DNA of 64,000 nucleotides from Selaginella moellendorffii (taxonomy: Eukaryota; Plantae; Lycopodiophyta). This document shows positions 1-11,245 of the stretch, one piece after another; within the stretch, counting starts at the first letter, position 1; each line of letters opens with the position of its first letter. A model generated the notes under the pieces. That model had not been told where the DNA came from and did no database searches. It saw only the letters and a list, made by a program, of their open reading frames with translations. Made by a program: the position numbers and the translations under genes. Location: the NCBI RefSeq assembly GCF_000143415.4, contig NW_003314309.1, positions 613,459 to 677,458 on the forward strand, read 5' to 3'.

Positions 1-2872
1 GAGGTTCACCTCAACACAAATTCTCATGACCCATAGTATGCTTAAGCCTCGAACATCTTTTTGCCCATTCTTTCAACATCCAACACTGATATCCATAAAA
101 ATGCAAATGGAATATCCAAGGCTTGATCACGAAGACCACATCTTCGGATATCCACATTGCATTAACACTCTTCTTCAACCACCTTCAAGATCCAATGTGA
201 AGCTAAAACACTAACAAGAAAAATGACATGGAAAATCAAGCTCTAAAGAAAATTCCTCATCACTCGAAACAATAATGCCACTTCCACTAACACAAGTGCT
301 AGCGATATCAATGCTTTAACTACACACTTTTTCCATCCAACAATCTACTCCAAGTGCTAACGGATAAACCAACAAGCTATAGCAAGCGAATGCTACAACC
401 CTTTTCCAACACCTTAGTGGGCAAACTCAAGGAAACAAGGAACCAATTTAAGCTTAGTATAATGGACCACCATCGAGAATCCAGTCAAAGCTACTATAAT
501 GCTACTTCATGCAAGTAGACTAGCTTCACCATCAACCACTTTGGGGTTGATCATCGCTTAACCAAGCAACTTCGTAAACACATTGTTCATTATCACATGG
601 ATATGATATAGAAATTACAATGACTTGATCATTAATTGAGCAACACCACGAGCAATGCCAATGTCATTACTTCAAAGGTTTATGTGAGTATCAAGTGCCA
701 ACTCAATTCGACAAAATGCAACATAAATGCCACACTCCACCGATAGAGATTTACAACACCAATATCACTAACTTTTGTTCATAACACGGACAAGCTCATG
801 CCACTCTCTATCCAACCAAACTCAAAACTAATCCAACACCAAGCTACTCAAGGAGCAATAGCAAGGTTCCCCGGAAAAGCATTGAGCATTGTAACCCCAG
901 TCTCTCAATAGCAAGTCTAGACAAAATGGTTTAACGCTTCACTGCTATCCATCCCACAACTTGCCATTTGTAAGACTATCATCTCCAACATGCATCAAGG
1001 TAGGGACTCTTGATTGCATAATGTGAACACGAGCAATGAATCACACCTCGTTGCAAATCATCTTTCCAAGAAGAGAAGATGATTTACGTGTTTGATCCTT
1101 CGTCCCCGACGACTCTCTTTTCGATCTCGTCTTTTTGACCAAACCTCAAGCTTGCGTTCGCACTGCCTTCAGTCCAATCCAAGAAAAAGTTTATGAGAGA
1201 GCACGGCAATGACTACTTGAACCAATAGACTAATCCCTATAGTCTTGATTGATTCACTTGTAATCATGCCTAGGAAGGATCCACTAGTGCCATGCTAAAC
1301 AGCTACGGACTAGCCTATTTGCCACTCATAGCAAACTCAGGGAAGGTTTGCTCTTACCCACGGTATATGGAACAACTCATGGAACCACTAGAACAACTCA
1401 TGGAACCACTGAGCTAACATTAATCCTACCAACTCAAAGTGTAACTTTAAGTTGCTAATGTGCCTCACTCACGAGCCCAAGCGTAAACTCGTGTAACCGG
1501 AACAACTCAATTCCATCCTATGAGCCCAAGAGCAAGCTCACATTATTAGGTACAAAAGGTAACCAAGATCCATACCCAAGGAATAAATGTGAACCCTTTG
1601 CACCAAACGTGTACCCACTCGGATCATCATTTTCATCTCTGCATATGCAACGAGACTAGTTGCCCAATCTCATTGAATAGTACTCGCTGAGACTCATGCC
1701 TCTGATACCAAATGTAGCGCATGTGGTTTTGACCCTTTATCCTATGGTGATTTACCATAGGATAACACCACGAAGCGGAACCTAAACCCTCTTTGTGCCA
1801 CGTGACAGATGCCACGTGTCACATGCCACGTGTCCATGCCACGTGTCCACAGGAACTCGAGGTTCAGGGCCTTGGGCCACTGAACGAAGGAACGGTGCCA
1901 AACTCCCAAGCATGGAGCCAAGGAGTGATGGAACCGAACCACAGAGCAACTCCCGAGCACAAAGCCCAAGAAGCGAAGGGACAGGGGCCCGGAGCAACTT
2001 GGAACAGTCCTGGAGCAACCAGCATCCCAATGCCAGGATTAGCACGCAAAACAGAGCCAAACGGAGTCTGGTGCTATTTCGGCATACCGGTGGCCTAACG
2101 CGAGGACATGGGTATTCCACCAACTAGCATGGTGTGGAACTTGGGCTTAGACCCAAGCCAGACGCAGAACAAAGACAAACACGCAAGTGGGAGCTAAACT
2201 ATGCCTCAGGTTGGTCAGCCATGCCCGACTTACCTACTATCCCTACTATACGTTTGGAACCCCCCCCCCCCCCCCCCTCTTGAGGAACACACGCTTTGGG
2301 CTTTCACCCCAAGCCTCCCTTAGTATTAGGAGTTAGTCTCTGGGACAAGCTCAAAACTTACTAAATATGGAATGTCCCTAGATTGTGAATTTGGACACAG
2401 GACGAACACCGTTGTATTCAGGCCGATCTCTACATTCCGTAGATGTGCCAAATGAGCAAATCTGGACACTTTCCATAAATAGCATTTGGGACCGAAATGA
2501 GACTAACACAAAGGCCATGATAGCGAGGGTGTTTGGCAGACACGGTAAGCTATCATCCAGCGATATTAAGGGACCAATCTCAATACGCGAAGGTTCTTGT
2601 CAAGCCAGTGCAAGACAGAGCAAAAGAGAACTAAGAGCCAGGCCGAGTATGCTCAGCTAGAAACACATAGGAGTTCCTACCTTATGTCCATCTGGCTAAG
2701 TACAGGTGCTAAGCCCAGTAAACTAACACTTGAACAAGAGGGGTTGATAAAGGGAACCAGCAATACCAACCTCCTGCCATCGTGGCAGTAAGGTAAGAGT
2801 GTCCGTAAGGACTGGTCGACTGGTAACTTTCGATACCCGAAGTCACATTCGCAACAGATAAGGTGTGTTACA
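1..2872 (-). mobile_element. Partial LTR retrotransposon: ~1.16 kb LTR (1713-2872), tRNA-iMet PBS at 1700-1710, degenerate internal region running off the left edge
   Basis: TCTGATACCA-aa-TGTAGCGC at 1701-1720 (reverse PBS next to an LTR end). The LTR carries the motif CTATCCCTACTATAC..TGGAA-polyC..ACGCTTTGGGCTTTCACCCC also found in the other minus-strand LTRs of the window. No intact ORF in 1-1700. Confidence 0.7.
1796..1850. promoter_or_regulatory. Four tandem G-box/ABRE motifs (TGCCACGTG) inside the LTR
   Basis: tgccacgtgac-aga-tgccacgtgtc-aca-tgccacgtgtc-ca-tgccacgtgtc. Confidence 0.6.
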
Positions 2873-3266
2873 TATGGTATCAGAGGAAATAGCATGAGTT
2901 CGATTCCCATTGATTAGTGGCTACTTAAAAATATAATATACCCTTGAGCAAGGTATATTCCTGCCTCTAAATTTAAAATTATACATATTAGGCATCCATA
3001 CATATGTCCTTCTTCTTGTGTGGAAGTGCTTGTTACCCTTGGTTCAGTAGGGGTTGTTAGTCAATAGTCAATGAGGACATTGGCATCTCTAAAGGGCGAG
3101 TGAGTGTAGCATATATAATCATGGGATGAGATTTGGATATACTATCACCGTGAATCTTTGGAACATTGGGGGATAAATGGGGATAAAATAGCTACTAAAG
3201 GTTCTCTCATCAAACAACTACCTTTTTTCCGGTTAGCTTAAAGGGAGAGAGATAAGGTGCGCTACA
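2873..3266 (+). mobile_element. TRIM copy: PBS (2876-2886), ~230 bp non-coding interior, PPT and 162-bp 3' LTR (3105-3266)
   Basis: Clear reverse-complement similarity to the complete TRIM at 22990-23570. TGGTATCAGAG PBS, AAAGGGCGAGTGAG PPT, TGTAGC...GCGCTACA ends. Confidence 0.85.
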
Positions 3267-5848
3267 GTTTTAGGATTCTTCTCTGTTAGTTTTTTTTAAT
3301 GATAATGTGGCCTTATACTTTACTTGCCGTAAATTTTTTCATAGTTTTAACCATTAGAAATGCCTAAACTTGAATGAGAGTTTGTGTTTCATATTTTTAA
3401 CATATGAGCAATTTTAAGTGACTCAAAATATAACTTTCTTACCATTAGAATGATGTTTCTGTTAATATGATTTTATTTAAAACATTTTTATTGAAAGCAT
3501 ATAGGCAACAAACAAGTAAAAGAGAGTTAGGCAAGTTAGTGCTTTGGATTTAGTGCTAAACACATAAAAACACATTAATAATTTATTTATTCATTCATTA
3601 ATGATTTACAGGGTTTTGTGGCACCCACCAAAAAGCATTAGTAAGCTATTTTGATGATTTTGTAAGTCATTCATTCACTAAGCTCCTCCAGGTCTTCTAC
3701 CACCCCTTTTGTCCCTACCTTTGGCTTCATCAACCTACCTATTGCCCCTTCTAATGCATCTTGGGTTGGACCCTCAACATAATCCTCACCTAGCCATCAG
3801 TGTTCACAGTGAGAAGTGTTATTACCCTTGTTCACTTCCAACTCAACTGCAGTGTAATCGTGAGCATGGCATCAATGACTAAGGATTGGCACTTGATCTC
3901 CATTTTGTGTAGAAATTCACAAATGTCCTTGACCCAATATTTGCTTGCAAGAATTATATGTAGATCTACACCCCAAGGGACTTGTAATGGAGAATAGGTT
4001 GAGCACATGTTGACCACATGCTCAAAGGCAGATATTAAATGACATTTGAGTTCCATTATCAATTTGTGAAACCCTGTTTTTAGCTGGCCAAGATTCTCCA
4101 ATTGTGGGGGTTAAGGTCGTTATAGATTGTAAAACCAAATTGGCACCTTGAGTTAATGGTGTTTCACATAAATTCCAAAAAGGACATTATCATTCATCCA
4201 AGCATTTACATTGCCACAAGGTATTCTATAACATGTAATTGAATGTGAAAATTTTCTGAAAATGGTGATGTGGGATTTAAAATTAGAAAGATGAAATGGA
4301 TGGAACTCAAATATCAATTATAGAATATAAAAAATTGAACATTAATTAGAGGCTCTCTTATGGAATTCTATACTCTATATGTCTTAGAATATTATGCATA
4401 ACTATATACTATATGCATGAGATTACCTAATAGGAAAAATGTGTTCTTAATGGTAAATATTTGTTTTATTTTTCCTATGCCTCATAATAGCAAAATTTTC
4501 TTAATCCTTTTGAAAGGGAAAGATTTAACCATTGGGAAACTTTAACTCCCCATCTTTAACATTGGTCACCTCTTGGAATTTTTATGGGGTGATATATGTT
4601 ATTTATGAATTTTGTTGGAGGTAAAACTTTTGGTGTATCAATATAAATGACCATACTAGATGAAATCTTGGGTTGTGCTTAAATTAATCTCAAGTTGACA
4701 TTTTTTTTCTAGAGGAGAGAAATTTTATTTTTTATTTCTGTTCTTTTGAGGTTATCTAGAATGCAATTGATTTTAGCATAATGGTTATCTCATGTTGATC
4801 TAGGGTAGATAAATTGGAAGGGAAGAAAGTAAGTTACTTGTATATTAAGAAATGTTTTTTAAATTTTACCACAGTATCTAAAATGTGTTGAAGATTCCAA
4901 GAGAAGCCTAAGATACATGGCATTCAGTTCAACAATCCGAAGAGGAAGCTTAGTTTACTTGGTATTTAAGCTTTATGTAGTAAAAACATACAAGAGCTAC
5001 ATAGATTTATATCTCATACTCACTCTCCTGAATGCATTATCAAAGGGTCAAGGCACAACAAGAAAAATAATATTAACTGCAAACAACATCTAGGATTTAG
5101 TTGAGGATAGTGATCTCAAGAAATATTTAAGCCCATCACTAAAGGGCTCATTTCCAATCTAGATTAAAGGAAGCAACAATAAACTTGCAAAGGCAATTAG
5201 AATTATCCCATATGAGAATATGTGTCCTACTTTATTTTTAGTTTCTCTTACCTCTTACAATATGTTTGATATATGGAAAATGACTTGGGCATTCATGTAA
5301 AAAATTTATATTGAAGTCTACTAAGTGCAACAAGAAGTGACTTAGAGAGTTAGTCAATGAGGAGAACGCCATAACAAAAGTATTAATTTGGAATTGAGCA
5401 ACTTTTTCATCATGCTCATGGTTGACAAATTTGCTGAAGTTATGTAGCACATTTGCAATGAATCTAGCATCTCGACATTAAATCCATGTGTTACAATTGA
5501 CTTTGCTAACCTTATAGAGTATTGAGAGGTCAAAAGTAGAAAAGCTAAAGAGTTGGTTATATAGGAAAAGATCACATTATGATTCTCATAAATACCATCA
5601 GCTTGAGCATCATTAATGTGCAGAATAGTAAAAGAAACCCTAAAATTGTGATTAGGAAAAGTTCATATGAATGTGCAAACATAACGTGCTGCTTCTTTTC
5701 AAACATGATACCTTCTACGAGCTAGCAAATAAAATAATTTGTTACATGTTTGTTAACTAAGAAGCAAGATTAGCCTTGGTTTCTATGGTTTCCTCGAGGA
5801 GTTCTCATTTTTATGTGAGATAAATTCTTGCTGACTTGGTCCACATGC

Positions 5849-7381
5849 TTACATCCTTCCAACAATATCGTGGAAGTCAGATTCTGGGATGTACTCTTTA
5901 AACTTGTATCTGCGGGACGAGGCCAAGAAGAAGAGCCAGTTTGCGACGCCCAGCGTGACGAGCAGCCAAAAGAAGTAATCCAAATGCCCATTGTTGAGAT
6001 CTCGCGGGATCCATCCTTGCTCTCCAGTGATGCTCGACGTGATGCCCACCAGAAATCCGGAAAGAAAACTCCCCACCGAAGCTGAGAGGAACGCCATGGC
6101 CGCGCTCAGAGTTCTCAAGTTCTCGGGAGCTTGGTCATAGAGAAACTCGATCAATCCCACGTAGTAGAAAACCTTGGAGCCGCCGACAAGCGCGAACTGG
6201 GGGATTTGCCACAAAACGTTAATCTGGTTGCGCTCGTCGTGGAAATTCGCGAGACGTCTTGCTTCCAGCACAGCCGCGCACGCCATAGCCCCGGTCATCA
6301 CCACAAGCCCTGCTCCCATCCTCTGGAAGAACGTAAAACCGCGCGAGTGTCCTGTAGCTCGACGCATCACCGGGACCAGGACTCGATCGTAGACGACCAT
6401 CCACACCAAAACGCTGATTGGATCGAACGAGTTGAGCGATGCCGGCGGGACGCGAAAGCCGCCAACTTTTATGTCCATGAGCGCGGCCTGCTCGACGAAG
6501 AGCGAGAAAGTTTGCGCTCGCATTGCCTCGTACACCATCGATCCGAGCCACACCAGGAGAATTCCCTCCAAGTCGGAGTGATCACCCTTGTGAGATCCAC
6601 GCTGCAAGAGCCTCGCGAATGGGTTTCCAGTCAAGCTGGAAGCATATCGATAGAACTTGGCGTTACTGGAGAAAACCGTGATCCCGCAAAGAATCGCCGC
6701 CGTGCAAACGAAGAGAGCGCTGCTAAAACCAAGCCTATCTTCGATGTACACCACTCCCACCAGTGCCAGGAGAAGACCCATGGAGGAGCTAAAGTAGTAC
6801 CAGTTGAAGTACGAGCTCGTCCTCGCGGCCTCGACCGAATCTTTCCCATCAAATTGGTCGGCCCCAAATGCCAGTAGCGGAGCTACAAATCCTTTCCCCA
6901 GAGCAATCACATAGAGAGCCACGAAGAACAGCCATGTTGCGTGAACTTCCTTCTCGACGAGCAGGACCGAGAGTGAGAGGAAAGACAATCCGAAGCAATA
7001 GATCAAAGAACTGGCCAGAGTTGCCTTGAATCTTCCCAAGTGAGAGTCGGAGATGTAAGCGACGAGTAGCGGGGACAAGTCATGGACGCCATTCCAGATG
7101 CTAACTTGGGTGGCGGCCGCCGCGTTGGAGAGGCCGAGCTTGGAGACCATGAAGAGGACCAAATTGTACGAGACGCCATAGAGCGAGAGCGAGCAGCAGA
7201 GCATGAAAACGAGCAAGGCCAGCGCAGTGGAGAGGCGAGACCCCCCTGTTTTGGAAGCCACCGCTGGAGATCCATAGAAATCCAAGCTCCCGTCCTGGAC
7301 GAGCTTCTCCTCTTGTTCGTCCGGGAGTAGCAGAGGATCTCTGAGAGACTTCTCTTCGTCTTCGTCGCCATGGGGACCCAT
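5849..7381 (-). CDS. NRT1/PTR family (NPF) MFS transporter, intronless
   Basis: 510-aa ORF with ~12 hydrophobic segments and PTR2 motifs: SDSHLGRFK, FGADQFD, SYFNWYYF, FQRMGAGL, WQIPQF, EFLYDQAPENLR, GWIPRDLNNGHLDYFFWLL. Confidence 0.93.
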   Translation of the reverse strand: MGPHGDEDEEKSLRDPLLLPDEQEEKLVQDGSLDFYGSPAVASKTGGSRLSTALALLVFMLCCSLSLYGVSYNLVLFMVSKLGLSNAAAATQVSIWNGVHDLSPLLVAYISDSHLGRFKATLASSLIYCFGLSFLSLSVLLVEKEVHATWLFFVALYVIALGKGFVAPLLAFGADQFDGKDSVEAARTSSYFNWYYFSSSMGLLLALVGVVYIEDRLGFSSALFVCTAAILCGITVFSSNAKFYRYASSLTGNPFARLLQRGSHKGDHSDLEGILLVWLGSMVYEAMRAQTFSLFVEQAALMDIKVGGFRVPPASLNSFDPISVLVWMVVYDRVLVPVMRRATGHSRGFTFFQRMGAGLVVMTGAMACAAVLEARRLANFHDERNQINVLWQIPQFALVGGSKVFYYVGLIEFLYDQAPENLRTLSAAMAFLSASVGSFLSGFLVGITSSITGEQGWIPRDLNNGHLDYFFWLLVTLGVANWLFFLASSRRYKFKEYIPESDFHDIVGRM

Positions 7382-7712
7382 GGACGACTGATGGAGCGCT
7401 TGGAAGATCTGCGCTACTTACTTTGATCGCAAGGCTTTGCTGGACAGTTTCTCAGCGCTTTAATCAATATCTTGGTGATGGCCTGGAGGATCCCGCCAAA
7501 GGATCTGTATCTTTTCATTATAAATTTTAAAAGGCCCTACCATTGTGCTATAATTGAGATGCCCAACCAGGCAAACATTCTCATCTCTGATCATGCTCGT
7601 TCTACGCTTTGTTACAAGAAGAAAATTTATTCGCATCCTTCTAAAAGAATCTTTCCAATGGTAACTTGATGAATAGTAAGTCACATAAATTTACACGATG
7701 GCGTGGGGTAAC

Positions 7713-10219
7713 TTACTCGGAGCTGGACTCGTAGAAATCACTTGGAGAGGGAGAGAGCATCATCTCAGATTCCAGCATCTTGACAACGTTGTCCATGGTA
7801 GGGCGATCGTCTGGAAGTGGAGCTATACACATTGCCGCGATTTGGAGGACGCACTCCATGCTCTCTCGCGAGCCACCCTCGCATTTGCTATCAAATATCT
7901 CCTTTTGCTTGTTCTCCTTGATGAGCGCGTTCACCCATCCCACAACGTTGAGCCCCTTGGCCACGAATCCGGGGTCTGTGGGTCTCTTGCCACTGAGCAG
8001 CTCCAAAAGCACCACTCCAAAGCTGTAAACATCGCTCTTCTCGGTCACTCGTCCACTTTGCATGTACTCTAGAATGGAAAAAAAGCTTTAGAACATAAGC
8101 GCGAGTTCTTCGTGTTCTTGAGTTACCTGGTGCGAGGTAGCCAAAAGTTCCTGCGACGATCGTTGTCATGTGAGACTGGTTCTCGTTGAGGAGCTTGGCG
8201 AGGCCGAAGTCCGAGACGTGCGGCTCGAAGTTGGAGTCGAGAAGGATGTTGCTCGATTTGATGTCTCGGTGGACGATCCGGGGAGAGCAGTCGTGGTGCA
8301 AGTATGATATGCCTCTCGCGGATCCAATCGCGGCTTTCATCCGGTGGTTCCAGTTTAAGGATGGCTTGTGTGGCTCTCGTTCTGCAAGGAAAAGGAGATT
8401 AGCACTTGCTACTGCTCTCAAAGAATGATTACCATGTAGGAGATCGTCCAAGCTTCCGTGTGATAAGAAGTCGTAGATGAGCAGCCTCGCGGAGCCGGAA
8501 TTACAGTATCCTCTCAAGTTGACGAGGTTCCTGTGCTTGATGCTTCCCAGGATTTCTAGCTCTCTTTCGAACAAGCGCTCGGAGCCGAATCCACCTTTCG
8601 CAATCCTCTTGACAGCGAACATATTGCCGTCGTCCATCACAAGCTTGTATACCGTTCCAAATCCTCCACAACCGATAATGTCGTTCTCTCCCAGCAAGTT
8701 GATCTTCTTTACGATGTCTGCCGAGGTGTAAGGAAGATCTCCATGAAACAGCACGAGCTTGGCACCTGTTTAGACCAAAAAAGTGGTTTAGACTTCTTTC
8801 TAAGAGAAAATATGGGACTCACTTGAGGCTGACGTTACTTGAGCAAGGTGCTGTTTACTTCCAAACTTGTTGTAGAGAAAAACTCCCCAGAAACACAGGA
8901 GAACGAGGAACAACGAGATTGCCACCGTTCCAAGGGCGCTTATCCATAGTCCATTTGAGTAATTGGCGGTTTTCCTTCGAGGAGTAGCCACTACAGTTTG
9001 GATGCAAATAGAAATCAGTCAGCAACGACTGGCATGTCAAAAGCTCACCACCATCGCCAGGAGTTAGAGCTGGCGCGAGAAAACTCCGGCAAGTTGTGTT
9101 GACTTGAGCACCGCATAATCCCAAGTTGTCAAGAAATCTGTTGCACGAAACGATTAGTGCGTCGAAGCTGCAACACTCCGAAAACTTACGAGTGCTGCGA
9201 GAAATTAGAGAGCACTCCGTTACTAGGAATCTCCCCGATAAGGGCGTTTGTGGACACGTTTCTGCCACAAACGTATTAGCTCATGAAAAACAAGTTGAAG
9301 AAACTCACAAGAAGACAAGTTGCTTTAGATCACCGAGAACGTCAGGCACTGATCCAGTCAGAGAGTTGCTCGAAACATCTCTACAAATGAGAATCCAACT
9401 CGTACCAACATTAAACAGGTTGCAAACTCGATTAGCTTACAGAATTCGTAGACTTGCGAGCTTTCCAAACTCCTTGGGGATTGTTCCACCGAGGTAATTG
9501 TTCTTCAAGTATCTACCCGAGGCCGTAAAACCATGGACAGACGAGACTTGGTAAAAACAATGGATAGAGAAAGCAAACGGAAGAACTTACATGGCTCTTA
9601 ACCGTGTACAATTACCAAGCTCGGAAGGAATGGTACCATAGAAACTGTTGTGGTGAAGAGCTCTAGAAAACATCAGCAGTTACTCCTACATTCTCTTCTT
9701 TGGAGAATAGAACTCACAGTCGAGCTAGTCTGTCGAGTTTCCCAAGCTCCGGAGAGATGGTTCCAACAAGTCGCCGGTATGGAAGGTTTCTACCGAAAGG
9801 AAAAAAAAATTAACAAAAGAAAGAACTTGAGGAAACGAGAGAGTCTCACTCACAGGCTCTTGACCTTGGTGGTTTGAGGATGGCACGAAACTCCAGTCCA
9901 TCGGCAAGGGTGTGAATCGCTCTCAATCCAGTCGAGCAGCAGCGCGCCCGCCGAATCGTTGAGGCTCGCCTTGAACGCTAGCAATGCTTGCCCTGCGAAT
10001 CATCCACGACCATCGATGGCGCTATGGCCTGTGAACCGATACTCTCATCATACCGTCAGGCGAAAGAGCTCCCACGGCACTGGAATGGATCCACAGCGCG
10101 GTGAAAAGCGCCGCCAAGACGCGCGATATTACCCTATCTTCTATCTGCCCAAATGGGAGTCATGGTGATGCTAGAGTAGAAATGCTAGAAGGTCTCACCA
10201 AAATCTCTCTGCGAGTCAT
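7713..10219 (-). CDS. LRR receptor-like kinase, FEI1/FEI2-like (LRR-XIII), multi-exon; start codon inferred
   Basis: Signal peptide ending ALSPDG, one-LRR-per-exon structure, TM ([22 protein letters not shown]), [11 protein letters not shown] juxtamembrane, kinase GCGGFGTVY / HRDIKSSN / DFGLAK / [12 protein letters not shown] at 10219 needs a ~53-nt intron. Confidence 0.9.
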
Positions 10220-10654
10220 GGCGATTGCGAGGCAATGCGCATTCTAGACGATCAAAGAATAGACGATCGCTCCAGCTATTCTGCAAACAAAGAATCAATC
10301 GATCGGTTCAATGCGCGAAAGAAGAAGAAATCGAAGCGAAGGAAAGTGAAATGGTCGAATTGACGCTGCGATGCGATACGATGCGCGAGCTCCTGGTAAA
10401 TCGCGCAGCTTTTTTACTACTCCGGCGCAACAAAATCGATCGAGACAGAGGGTTTGAAAAAGTAAATGCGAGGTAAAAAGGAGGAGATCATTGGGAGAGA
10501 TTATTCTAAGAATAATCTCGCAAAGTCGGTCGAAAGGGAGAAATAGATACGTTGGGCAACGACAACGACAGAAGCTCCCAATCTCATATATTTTTACCTC
10601 GCCTTATTACGCATAGTTAACACCGTGGACATGACGTGGAACGGACAAATCACA

Positions 10655-10805
10655 AATCACGTGTTCGTTGTTGCAGTCTTCGGACACGGTGGCGTGCTGT
10701 GAGTGGAGGAAAAATTCCACTAACGGGGAGAGGTTTCAGGCTCGATTCCAGGCATCAATCTAGACAGCTAAAACACGTGCCCAATCACGTGCCGTCCACG
10801 TGTAC
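10655..10805. promoter_or_regulatory. G-box (CACGTG) cluster in the divergent FEI-like/CPK intergenic region
   Basis: CACGTG at ~10658, 10774, 10786 and 10797. Confidence 0.45.
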
Positions 10806-11245
10806 CCATCCTCGCCACTGGGGTTGCATTTCTTCCGTGCTTTAATTTTAGGAAATTTTGGAGCGCGCGTCCTCGATCCAGCAGCTCCTTCCGCCGCCCC
10901 GCCACATTTCATCGCATCGCAGCGCATCGATAGAGAGGCTCCTCTCGATCGAGAGCATTTCTAGGGATTTCTTGAAGTTTTCGTGTTCCGGAAGGATCGT
11001 GTTCTAAGCTCGCGCAGCTTCCTCGAGGCTTCCTCCAAGACGGCGTGCGGCATCACCGCCTACATTCCGCGTCATCGGTGGATGAGCCGCCCTGAGGAAT
11101 CGGCGGTTGGAAGGTCAACGAGATTGTTTCGTTAGCGGGAGGGATCCCTCTCTTTTATTGCTGGATCGTTTTGGAGTCAGGGTAGCCGTGGAGAAGATCC
11201 ATCCATCGTTTGGAAAAAGAGAGGCATCGGGCTTTGATCGGGAAC

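Noticed and set aside
1370-1412. 21-bp tandem duplication GAACAACTCATGGAACCACT
   Set aside because: Ordinary local duplication in a decayed TE leader region
3300-5750. AT-rich region with short ORFs, one bearing an HFLLHL motif reminiscent of CACTA transposase
   Set aside because: Too degenerate; no TIRs, TSD or convincing domain seen
6131-6877. Long antisense ORFs over the NPF gene (similarly 46937-47668 over carB and 15046-15601 over the orphan gene)
   Set aside because: Shadow ORFs from GC-rich codon usage on the real coding strand
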